A program made the position numbers and the translations under genes. The notes under the pieces were generated by a model. That model was not told the origin of the DNA. It did no database searches and saw nothing but the letters and a program-made list of their open reading frames with translations. Shown piece by piece: positions 11,515-24,100 of a stretch of 64,000 nt of DNA. How positions within the stretch are numbered: the first letter of the stretch is position 1; every line of letters starts with the position of its first letter. This DNA comes from Saccostrea echinata (lineage: Eukaryota): positions 12,028,001 through 12,092,000 of the forward strand of contig NW_026889753.1 of assembly GCF_033153115.1 (NCBI RefSeq). The letters run 5' to 3'.

Positions 11515-14500
11515 ATGCAGGTCGTATCTAAAGCTAAGCCGCTTTTCTTTGCCTGGAAAAGCAGAGTCCCTAGAAACTTTTCCAAATGCTTGTGTCACCA
11601 CCATTATGAAAGTGAAAAGAGAACTCTCAGAGGGAGCGATAATCTATCACGAGTAACTTACGGAAAAAATATGGCACCTCTTACCTTTTCAGTGATAAAC
11701 ACAATTCAGAGACATTTCTGTGCAGGTAAGTTGCGTGCTGTCAAGTGCAGAGTGGCAATCAGACAGGAGCAATGCTGGTGGCCAGATAGCTCAGTTGGTA
11801 GTCTATAAGAGTAACCTGTGTAGAATACAGGCAGCCAATGTTTGAATCCTGGTCAGGTCTATGACATTTTTCCCTTCCTGTTATAGTTGATATTGTTAAC
11901 CACCACTGGACTTGTAGGTAAAAGTCCTGCCAGGAACAAATGAACTTCGGTTGTGTGTGTTTGGGGAGGAAAATACATGTATTCAAGGAGGAATATGAGG
12001 ATCAGACAGATTCAATTGCCAGTGGCCAATTAGGTCATGTAGTGTTCACATGGCCTTGGGTTCCAAATTAGGTCTTGTCTACCACATTTTTCTGTCCCAT
12101 GCCCTGGAAGTTACAGGTGAAAGACTTGTGCTAGGGAAGAGCTAGTGTTGATGTCTTCAGAGGCAAAGACATTTATGGAGGGCAGAATGTGGCGATCAAG
12201 TAGATTTGATCACCAGTGGCCAGATATATCAGTTGGTAGAGTACCTGTCTACAGTTCAGAGGGCCCCAAGATCAATTAGTGGTCTGATCCATCACATTTC
12301 TCCCTTCCTGATACAAGACATTGGGATCATACCATTTAAGATATGTCTGTCATTGTGGTAGAATGTCCTTTTATACTTTTGTCAAAAGGTTTTTGATAAT
12401 GGAGATAGAGAATTTGCGTATTTCTTTTTCTTGCTGAATGTGAAGGTCATAGTTTTTAAAGTTCTTAAGGTGATATGGGACTTTGATGCACAATATAATA
12501 CAGTGTACCTAACCATCATGTTCTCAGTGGGGGATTCTGATGTGAGTGAACTTATGAGTGCAAAATTCATGCTAAAAGAGTAAAACAAGATAATCTGCTG
12601 CTCAGAGTTCTGCAGAAAAATGAAATTCTCCACTTTTTGCTTGCGCTCTCGAGCGCTAGCAACTACGTTAGTCTATATTTCTGGAATACGCATGCTCGAC
12701 TTCACGGTCGGGCATTCTGGGAAAACTACTGAAGATAGACTGTACGATGATAATTTCGTTTTATAATTAAAAATTGATATGATCCGAATTCTGAATTTCT
12801 TAATCTATTGTCTAACCTATGATTAAAAGTACAAGAAAATTTCGGTCATATAATGCCAAGATTGTAGAGATCAACTGGTAAAACCTAGCTTTCCTTAAAG
12901 CTAACCATGGATACTACCTTCCTAGATAATTCTGGCAAGCTCAGAAAAAAACCCAGGAAATCTTTCAGAGTTTGTCGGAAAGACACGAGAAGCGATTGAT
13001 ACATTGCAGTAGCACTGGTATAATTATAATTCTTTAATTTTCCATTTTTCCTTTTTTGACAGAAAAGCCCGAGTAATGATCCGATTGTTATTGCTAGTGC
13101 TCTCGAGCTCTCTTCCTGGATCTTTCCAGCAAGCTCGGAATAACAACCTTGGATATGTTTTCCGAGCTTGCTGGAAAGGCCCGGAAGGATGCGATTGCTA
13201 CAAAACAGTACCACACTGGAATATTTTTAAACTAGGTGTTCATTGATTCTACTTATCTCTTATTTTTCACTTCAAAATTGAAATTACAGTAAACTACAGA
13301 ATGCTTAAAGCACAGTTAATGATTCATGCCATTGCCAATGTGAAAACCCACTCTGGATATCCCGAATTTAATCCAACAATAGCTTTTTTTTTATAAATAG
13401 TCTGATGAATATTCTGTATTAAACACTGAATAGCTGATACATTCACCATTCTTAATTAAGACACATCCCCCCAACATTACCTCCAGTGTACCACTGTGTC
13501 TTCCTATTAATAATTAGGGCCGACCATTTGATTCTGAAGGGGGGAGGCTGGAAGATTTTGGAAATAAATAATCAGTTCCTCAAAAAAGTTGAAAATAAAT
13601 AACTGTCTTTCCACGACCGGCAAGAAAATAAATAATCTGTCATTGACAATTGCTACTTAACACCCCCCCCCCCCCCCCATTCCGGTCCCTCTTTGAACCT
13701 TTTTTTGTTTTTGATTTTTTTTTTTTTTTTTTTTTTTTTTGGTCAAACTTTTTCAGTGAAGAAGAAAATAAATAATATGTCCTTGATCATCTTGAAAATA
13801 AATAATCTGTCCTTGACTGGCATGAAAATAAATAATCTGACTCGAAAGATTTTGCCAGACCCCCCACCCGACCCCCCTCCTCAGAATCAAATGGTCGTCC
13901 CCTTAATCGATTCAGCAAATTAATCCAATAATTCAGATATCTAATTCAGTGGTTGATGATAGCTACAGTGCTAGCTCACCTATCTTTTTAAAAGATAAGC
14001 TTGTATAAGCTTAAATTAGCATACATTTCATAAAACAGAGTTTTACATGTCTGCATGTACATGTATAGGTTTTATTTATCATAGTTACACTGAAAGTTAA
14101 ACTCTGTTTTCATTGATACATTCCAACTACCACAGGTCCATCAGAAAAAGGGGGACAGGAATCACAAGATCCAACTAAAGGTCAAGGTCATGTCGATGAC
14201 CCAAATTCATCTGAAGTGTCTGAAGGAGATGGCTGTCCTAAAGGTACTCTGGACTTTCAGGAGGTTGAATCCAGACAGGAGGGACTTTTGGATGAGGAGA
14301 TTGAAGATTTCTATCGTGAGGCAGAGGAAGATGAGGAGGACAAGGAATGGGTGCCTCCTGTAAGCCTAACAAGTAAGAAGGGAGAGTTTTACTCATACGT
14401 ACGTACTGTTTTAATAATTATAAAAGAATTTAACTTTCAATTTTTATATACGATCATTGCATTTAAAAAAAGAAGTTATTTACTTTTAAGGGTAAACAGA

Positions 14501-16505
14501 GTTTATCAAGATGTTGATCTATATGGACATTAATAAAAATCATCACTGTATATTACACAGATTTCTATTAATAATTAGTTTAAAAATATTTGAAAGGAAA
14601 TAAATGCTTTAATATGAACATTAAATGTTGATTTGTTGTATTTTAAAGGAGGGAAAACAGGCGTGTTTGATATTGAGGAACTGGTTACCATTCTTGAAGC
14701 AGAGAATGGGAGGGATATTTGTGTTATAAAAATCCCTTCAGAAATCAATCTGACAGACCATATGATCATAGTCAGTGCCATCTCAATTCGCCACCTACGA
14801 GCCATTGTTTCATCTGTCAACCACATTGTAAGTTTCAAGAAGTTTTCTCATATATGTATACATACATGTACCCATTTTCAAAGTGAAGAAACATGAGGTT
14901 TTTCCTAATTTTTTTTCTTGACAAAAGCAGAAATGACTTTCTGTGTTGCCTACCAAGCAGAACTACTTTTCTATTGTTACATGTTGTAATATTGCTTACA
15001 CAATGGGCCAGTTTGTTGATGAGAAATTGTTTGCTGTGGGTTCCTTGGGTCTAGAAGGATGGCTGTAAAAAAATAATTAGCTAGGAATACCTTACAATAT
15101 CTGGGTTTTCTGATGGGGTTACAGGATGAGAGAGAATGGCTTGTGTTATATACTAATGCAATAAATGAGAAGAGTTTAATTGGGTTGGGATGTTCATGTA
15201 CATGTATTATGTTACTGTAAAAACCGTAATTTTGTTTATGAAAATAAATTTCTGGTTTTTGTGTAAAATTTTACGAAAGGCTTTAAGTTTAAATGTCCAT
15301 TTTTGCACTATGGTGGTTCTGATGAAGAGATTTATGGGAATGTCTCTGGGATCAGTGTCAAAGAGCATGATATCTGTTGCTAAAGTTAAATTGGGAAAAA
15401 AAAACTTTAAATTATTAAACTTAACAAGATGTTTATTCTCTTGCCATAATTCTCAGGCTTTGGTTATGATACTTGTTTTTCCCCATGGATTGGTCTTGTA
15501 AAGAGATTGGCTTAATGTGAGTTAAAGAAGTCTGTCCTCTTTTGCCATAAATGAATTTTGGAAACTCTGCATTTACATGAGAATGTTTTTGGATAAGATG
15601 ATAATATTTGTACCATTAGTTTTTCTGAGGAAGGGATCTGTATTCTGCTCCACGTGAATTGTTTTGTAGTCACAAGTCAAATAATGTGTAGTTCCATTTA
15701 AAAAAAAAAAAAAGTTTCCATGTTATTATTTTTGAATGGTGGGTTAGGATGTTCTTATGGACATTATTCCAATAGGTAAAGAGTGTTACTTAATTTAGGA
15801 TATTTTTTTTTTTAAATCAATAGCTTGTTTATAAACTCAGAATCAATAGCTTGTTTCAGGCTCACACATGTAGAAGTCAAATATTATACTAGTAATGCCA
15901 TATAATGAAATTTAAACTTGTCATTATTAAAAAATTCTGATATGATGAAACACTGTCAACTGCTCCTGGAAGTCTGTTGCAAATGTGCATTATTGTGTTA
16001 GGTCATGTTATACAAATGCAATTCTTTTGTATTCTTATTAAATTCATTTTTACCAGACATGAGTATATTTTTCAATTTTAGTACAAACAAAGAAAGCATG
16101 AATCTGATCCATTCCTTCTCATTTCTGGGGTATCGGATCCAAAATCAGAGTGGCTGGCCATGGACATAGGTATTGGTTTACTGTAAAGTAAGAATACTGA
16201 AGTAAAAGAAAATATAATCAGATTCAAATATATAATTTCCGTGTTTATTTGCTCTTCTAGGCAATGCTTTTTTACATGTAATGATGCCGGAGACTCGCCA
16301 GAAATATGACCTAGAAGGCTTGTGGATGTCTGGGGAGTATAATGTAGATCAGGAGGAAGAGGAGGGGGAGGAGATTGGACAGTTTGAATGGATCAAGGAG
16401 TTCAGACTCCAGAGAGAAAAAGTCCATAATACACAGGGATCAAAAGCTGGTGAAAGTACCGTCAAAACAACCAACACAGAGAAGAAACAAGAGGAGCTGG
16501 ACTGA
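11515..16505 (+). CDS. MALSU1: Mitochondrial assembly of ribosomal large subunit protein 1 (RsfS/Iojap family); exons 11515-11725, 14136-14372, 14649-14827, 16082-16169, 16261-16505 (~319 aa)
   Basis: Basic, presequence-like N-terminus, then RGKTGVFDIEELVTILEAENGRDICVI...DHMIIVSAISIRHL...EWLAMDIGNAFLHVMMPETRQKYDLEGLW. All intron phases are consistent. Confidence 0.92.
11751..12315 (+). mobile_element. Tandem miniature LTR retroelement (LTR-int-LTR-int-LTR) with tRNA-like LTRs, in MALSU1 intron 1
   Basis: Three related ~100-135 bp units (11751, 11996, 12188) contain tggccagatagctcagttggtag-like A boxes and end in cttcctgtta(c)a-like tails. They are separated by two related ~100-bp spacers ending in purine tracts. 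Confidence 0.65.
13517..13902. mobile_element. MITE, probably Harbinger-type (TTA TSD)
   Basis: TIRs gggccgaccatttgattctga / tcagaatcaaatggtcgtcccc flanked by tta; internal aaaataaataatctg repeats. Confidence 0.75.
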
Positions 16506-17057
16506 ATAACATATTTAGACCTGAACTCCAATTAAAAATCATAGATCCTCGACTTCAACACAAAGCTTACAGATATTAATATTGTGTTTTATGATACATG
16601 TTAACATACAATGTACCTTGAAAGTGTACATGTAAATGAACCCTGTGTATACTGTATGGTAAATTGTTGACAACAGAAAGCATACTATTCCAAGTACAGT
16701 ATCCTTAGGCTTTATCATCTGAAATTGACTTGATTTAATGGGCATTTCTCGTAAGTGGGATGAGAATCTCACAATAAAGAATTCATGTTTCAATTTGTAC
16801 TCCATTTTCTTTTAAAAGATGAATATTTAAACATGAACCTATTACTTCAAGCATGCAGGGGTTGCCTTTCCAAGACCATGGTACTTTCTCTTCTCTTAAC
16901 CAAAATATACAACTAAAACAGATGACATGCTTACTTGGATTCGTCTTTGGCAGTTTTACAATTTTCCGAGAAAGATTTCCAAACGAAAGGCCTATGGGCC
17001 ACAATGCTCACCTGAGTCATTATGGTCCTGCTGTTCATTCCTATGTAAAAATTTGAT

Positions 17058-17553
17058 GATATAGCTAAAGGGTTAACTCACTAGCCCAAGCTAGTAGGAT
17101 GCCATGTATCTTGCACTACCATATTGTCCCCCTCCAGAGAATGAGATGTCCTCATCTCTTTTGGAGTGCCGACGCCTGTGGGACGAAGTTCTTGGGGCAG
17201 TCACTTTCACCTGCCAGAGAATACCCGGGTCCCAACGTGGGCGTCAAATGTAACAGAGACATTTATGTGCCCCTGCTGGGGATTGAACCTGGGGCCTCTG
17301 GCTAGCCAGTCCAGTGCTCTACTAATTTAGCTAAAAGGTTAACCCACATTCAGAGAATGACATGTCCTCATCTCTTGGAGTGCCGACGCCTTTGGAAAGA
17401 AGTTCTGGGGGAAATCACTTCAATGTGGTAGTGTAAGATACACTGCATCCTACTAGCTTGGGCTAGTGGGTTAACCCTTTAGCTCAATCGGTAGTGCACA
17501 GGACTGGCATGCCAGTTCAATCCCAAGCAGAGGCACTAACATGTCTCTGTTAC
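17058..17553. mobile_element. Rearranged tRNA-LTR miniature retroelement (second family): minus-strand LTR-PBS-internal-PPT-LTR plus an inverted LTR copy
   Basis: Minus strand: LTR ends tgttaca, then tttgacgcccacgttggg (tRNA-Lys PBS-like), internal region, ggagggggacaa PPT and a second LTR. A plus-strand LTR copy lies at 17424-17553. Confidence 0.7.
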
Positions 17554-18163
17554 TAAAAACCATTGTGACGTACATGTAACAACCATGGAAAACAATATCT
17601 AAATGTTTGGTGAGATTACAGTGCAGAATGTTTTTAAAGGTTAATAGCTAATTAGATTTTCAAAAAAGTAGCCATAAAATATTCTGTGACCTACTTTTCA
17701 GTCTACTTTTCTAGAAGGCCCTATGTATACTGGGTAACAAAGTCTGATGATTCTTGGCCTCTTAGTGTCCAAGGGTTAAAAAAAGATTTTAAAAAGTATG
17801 TCATGGTAACCTACTTTCAGGTTCAACAATTCTGTGCTCAATCAGACCTGAATATATTTCTATGACCAATTTCAATGCCAAAGTCAAGAACTTTCCAATG
17901 AGCATACTTCAACTCCATGTATCTCATTCAAATTTACCCAAATGTAAAGTCAGAAGTAGGGCATCAATTGTAAAAACTAAAATATAAACATTTCATTCTT
18001 TTTAATCCAACCAATTTTTTTTTTCTCTAGAAAAAGAAAACCCATAGGGTTAGGTCATAGATATGAATTAACAGAATATCATGATTTTTCATGTACATGC
18101 ATCAAATGAATTACATCATAAAATCAAAGCACTTTTATAAACTTAATTTTGCATATCAAACTA

Positions 18164-21100
18164 TCATCTCCTGTTGGATCTTTCCCTGCTGCGAACACTG
18201 CTTTCTCTTTGAGAGCTGTACCTATTACTTTCATATTTTTCATACTCATTTGAATCCCGTCTCTTTTTTAGAGACTGTTTTACACTGTCACTATCAGAGT
18301 CTGAGTGCTTCCTCTTCCTCGGGGGAGAGGATGAGGATGATGAGGAACTGTCACTAGAGGAATCATCAGAACTGCTGGAGTCAGAATCACTGGAGGAATC
18401 GCTGTCCTCACTGGAGGAATCTACACTCCTCCTACTGCTTCCTTTATTCCTTCTGCTCCTCTCCCTTTCCTCACTGTACCTGTTCTTTCTCTCTTGTTCA
18501 TCATCTCTCCCCCTGTTACTTCCACTTTTCTCCGAATCCTCTTGCCTCCTCCTCTGTTCCTTGACTCTGTCGACCTCCCTTCCCCTGCCCTCTCTAGACA
18601 CATATTCTCTTCGCCGCCTTTTCTCTCCCCTGTCATCTTCCTCGAATCCATGTTTTCTTCTTTCTGTACTATCTTCATGCCTCCTTCTTTGGTTTTCCTC
18701 TTCACGCCTCCTACTCCTTTCATATTCTCTGTTTCTTTGACTCATTTCCTCTCTGGATCCTTCTCTCCTTTGTTTATCTCTATTCCTTTCCTGACTTCTA
18801 TTCCTTGTCATAGTTCTCTCATCATCTACACTTCTTTCTCGGAACCCATTCTCCTGATGATCCCTTCCTCTCCTAGAATCCCTGGTCTCCTCCCTTCCTC
18901 GATTTCTAAATCTGTAATCCTCATCAGAATCTTCAGCCCGTCTTCCATTTCTTCGCTCTGCATCTCTTTCCTCTTTTCTCCCTCTGGTGGGTCTGTCATA
19001 ATTTTCCTCTGCATGTTCCTCTTTTCTTCTACTTTGTCTCCTATCACTGTATCTTGAACTTTGTCTGTCATCATCACTTTCCTCCCTATTTCTCCTTCTG
19101 TCATTCCTTTCACCTCTGTCTCTCCAATCTCCATCTACATCATTAGAGTATCTTCCACTGTATCTATCTGATCTTGAATCTTCCCACTTGGATCGAATAT
19201 TCTCTGGACTCTCTTGTCGGTCCCTCCTTCTAGAAATATCTGGACTTTCCTCTCTACCCCTCCTTTTTGATCCAACAATTTCCGAACTTCTCTCTTTATC
19301 TTTTCTTTTAGATTGGAAATTTCCTGGGCTTTTCTCCCTATCTCTTCTGTTTGAACTGGTACTTTGTGGGCTTTCATCCCTGCCTCTCTGCTTAGACCTT
19401 CTATTGTACACGATTTCCCCTTTTTCCCTTCTGCTTTGCCTAATATTTTCTGGACTGTCTTCCCTCTCTTGTCTTTTTTCCCTTTGTCTTATGTCCCCAT
19501 TGGTATAACCTTTCCTTGACTTTTCTTTACTCCTCCTGTCCCTTGTGTCTGTTGGTTTCCCTTTTCTTTTCTTTCGAGGTGCTTCATCTTCTGAGGAGCT
19601 GTCTGTAATGCATATATGAAAATATTTTACAATACAATAGCATCTGACAGTCATGTAAAAGGGAACATTAATGCATGCATCATTGAAGTGGGTACTGTAT
19701 AAGTGAAGGGCATACGGTGTCTGAATTTTGGTCAGAACCAAAGATTTTGAACATGTATACAGAAAGCCAATATCTAGAAATATCAGGCAACCCAAAGTCT
19801 GTTAAACTACCTACCCGAGGAGCTATCTGATGAGGAACTACTGCTGTCAGATGAGGATGATGAGTCAGAAGATGAGGATGAGGACGAGCTGTCCGATTCC
19901 TCCTCTTGCTGTTGAGCTACCTGTTTCTTCACATTTTTCAAGTGCTCTCTGAGATCATCGCTAATAAAAAACAATAATACATCTTATAAGCCTTTATAAA
20001 AAGCATATACACAAATATGGTAATAAGGGGGTATAGGGCTTCAATTAAGGTTTCATTACAAACATCACGCTCTCTTTTCTTTTGAAAATATCTATAATTA
20101 ACGAACATGTCCCTGTTAAATGTATATTCCACTTCCCCCTGGATTCATTAAATAAAATATAAACCTATTTGCATTGATGATATACAATTTCTTATATAGA
20201 TACTATAAAAATGTATTCCAAAATCAGGTATTCTTATTTACATACATTAAAGTCAGTCCACTAAGATCAATTGTAGTAAAGAAAATAGAAAATCTAGTAT
20301 TCTTATTAAATTTACTTACGTCAGTCCACCAAGACCAATTGTAGTAAAAAAGTTAATGGAAAATCTGGTATTCTTAGGGTTATCCCTGGGTAGTAACCCC
20401 TCAAAATATGGCTGGAGGGTTCTGAAAATGAAGAACAAAGTCAAGTTTATTCAAAATTCTTACAAACTACAAACTTGCTTCAAGACTAAAAATATGCATA
20501 TGTATTTGTACTTCATGCATGACCATTATGGTTTCCCTTTTTTTTCAAATATGCACATGAATATATATATTTTTAAATTGAATTAAGTTGAAGACATCAC
20601 AATTCACTTTCCATATACCATATATATACCATATTTCCGTATACCTTTCCATTTACTTAGAAAATTGTCAAGTAATTTTGTTTCATTTTTTCCTAACAAA
20701 AGCTGTTAGTGTTGGTCTTAAATTAAAAACATTGGTAGACTTACGGATCTTTGAGTCTATCGTTGAGTTTGGGTAGGCCTAGATACTCCGACAATTCCTG
20801 GAATAATACTTTGATAAAGATCCTACTGGCAGAAGTTGTGTCATCCTCATTCAGTCTAATGACCTCCAGCACCTTAGATGAAATAAAGTCATACTCTTAG
20901 TGCATTCAAATACTTTAATACTGCATTTTTTCAATTTCTAATTTAGAATTCATTTCTAACATTCCAATAATAAATTTGTAGTGCATCAATTTATTTGTAA
21001 TTTCTATTTGTTGTATATACAGATACATGTATTTCTTACTTATTCTGAAACACAAGTAAACTCAACAGATAAAATAAAGATTCACTCATAAGATTGAGTT

Positions 21101-24100
21101 ACCTCCCATGAGATTGCATCAGTGTGTAGTAAATGAGCGAAGAACTTGGCCACATTCCTGAGCTTGTTTGTTTCCAGTCTGTGGATTGTGTCGTACTGTT
21201 CCTTGAACATGTTCTGGAATGGCTCAATGTATTTCTTGTCAATCATACAGAATCGCTACAAAACAAATACACAGCTTATGCCACAGTGTCAGTGAACTTT
21301 TATCTCGATACTAAACATGATTTTCAAAAAAATGCCTTGCATACCAAGTCACATTATATTCATTACCTGAGCTAGCAATCCAAAAAACTTCTCATATGTT
21401 CGTTGCTGTGCACAGCAATCAAGAATCATGTTACATAACTCAACCTGGAAAAAAATCATATCATATCATATTGAAATATGTGCAGAGGATAATAGTGATA
21501 TCTATATGTAGTGAAAACTTCTTAAAATTTCTTTTTCAGCTTTATATCTTTAACAGTCTCTACCTCTTGTCCAGGTTTGAGTTCCATTCTTAGAAGTTTG
21601 TGAGCACATTCCTCAAAGTCTAAGGCACTCTGGATAGTTAAATAGATTGTTCTCCTCAGGGCAATCAAATTGGTTTCTGTTTGGTCAATAATTGTCTGTT
21701 TCTCTCCTTCTGTTCAACAATAGCAGTCAAATGAATAGAAATCATGCCTATCAAATAATATTATCTGAATTTATCAATCATCTACCTTATCATTAATACT
21801 CTGTTTGATCAGAATTCTGTTGAACAACAATTTTATTGCATACATGTATTTTCATGTAGATACCTAAATGCAAAACATTTATTGTTTTTAACATGTTTAT
21901 ATTCTAAACCTCAAAATTCTATCCCAGTTCTCACTTATTAACCTCCTCCCCCAACACTCCCCCACCTAACAAACTCTGCATATGATTTCAAATACGTGCT
22001 TCTCTTTTACAACTTCAAATAAATTCTTTCTTTGTGTTCGTGAGACACCATTAAATATTCTTGTACTCATCTATAAAACTTAGATCCACCACAGAAATAA
22101 TCATTAAGATTTACCTTCACCTTCCCCCTCTTCATCGTCGCTGTCACTTTCAGACCCGGATCCACTCCCAGACTCTTCATCAGAGCTGCCCTCATCCAGG
22201 ATCTCTGTAAAACAAACATTTATACTCATTCAGTAAAGTCTATTAGTGGCTTAATTATTATGCAGGTTATACTTGTATACAATTGTCATCATCACATTTC
22301 ACTGACAAAAATATTCTTCAAGTACCTCTTTTCAGTTCTTTGTATTTTTCTTCATTTGCTTCATACTCAGGATCAAACTTGAATACATCTGCAAGAAAAA
22401 ATTACACGTATGTTGATGTACTTAATATTTACAAAAGCAGAAAGATAAATAATTTCTAGATGACCAAAACTTTATACAATTCTTGTTTGGTTCCCATACT
22501 TAGGATTTCTTCTGCCGTTCCTTCATCTTCTAGTGTAAGGAGGTGAGTAAACTGGTCCTCTTCTGCGATGAGATCTAGTTCCTCTATAACAGACTGATGG
22601 TCCTTAAAGCCGTCCTTACGGATCGCAAACATTACTTCTATCATGTACTGTACCCTCACATCTATCTGTCCCTCATGTAAGACATTTCTCAGTCTCTCAA
22701 AGATAGCTAAAACAAATCAAGTAAACATCAGTTGGCTATTTTTAATGTATTATATAATTATTATCAGGTATGAGGCACATCACTCGGTGATAAAACAAAG
22801 GAGGAATGTAAAACAAACAAAAATTGATGCAGTAAACGTGAGATCGTTTGATTATTTTCTCTGCTGTACAATCAATTACCTGTGATTCCCCGTGGGGTAA
22901 CTTCAGTCAGTTTTTGTCCACACTCCTTCAGGAACCCAACAGCGACCTCTACGGAGTCGTCAGATGGGGTCTCCAATAAAAGTGTCAAAATTTCTAATGC
23001 CAACACCTCATGGGCCTGAAATGAACAACAAGCAACACTTATAATTATGTATATTTCAAATGTATTAATCTTACTTTTAATAATACGCAGGAATCCCCAG
23101 AGTTTGAGTGTTTCATCCATTAAAAGTCTACAAAATCTCTCACACGAATGAAATCTATAAATGAAACCACCTATCTAATAGCAGAGCAGACTCTCACACG
23201 AATGAAATCTATAAATGTAACCACCTATCTAGTAGCAGAGTGGACCTACCACTTGCTGGTTAACCAGATGAGCGATGAATCGGGTGGAGGAGAGGCAAAG
23301 ATTCTTATCATTTCTCTTGAATCCACGACGAAACTGAATCACAAGACGTCGTAGGATCAACTCCCCTATTTGTGGAAACTGTAAATAAGATCAAAATAAA
23401 TCTCACCATCTCTAAAATTCAGAAATACTCCAGATAACAGCTACTGAAACAAAGGAAACTTAAATGAGAGGTCACAAAACAGGAAAACACCTCTGACTGG
23501 TAAAAGATTTCTTTACTTAAAATTTTATGCTTAAAAAAAATGTGTACATGTAACACAAGATTGCATCTCTTTTGATTTTTGATGCCTGCGTGTTCTTACC
23601 TTGGTGTTGATAACTGACACCAGGGCAGCGTACACATGTGTAAATGTGGGAGAAGCCGACTGAGCCTGAATTACTGAACGTGCCACCAAACCTCTGAAAA
23701 AGAAAAAGATTGAAATAATAAACCTAGAAAACATAGCATGCTCTGAACTATTCCTTACTCCTCATGTAAAATTCTTAATCACTACTCATTAAAAATCGAG
23801 GGGAAGGGGGGGGGGGATTTCATTTGCCTGATGATCATTCATTTTTCAAATGTGATTTGGGACAGACACAAACATAAAAAAACTAAATATAAAATCTGAT
23901 ATTCAATCTTCTTCTAGAAATAATAACCTATATTGTCTATACATTATTTATCAGTAGGGGTGAAACGATACACCTCCTTCACGGTTCGGTACGTATTGTA
24001 TAATTTTGTCTCGGTTCGGTTATTTTCGATACGATACGTTTTGATAGAAGGAAACAAATTCAACATTGTTTTATGCTTTCTTTTTCTAAATCTAGTCACA

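Noticed and set aside
18421-19508. Overlapping alternative-frame and antisense ORFs (100-187 aa)
   Set aside because: Shadows of the purine-rich, low-complexity last exon of CWC22.
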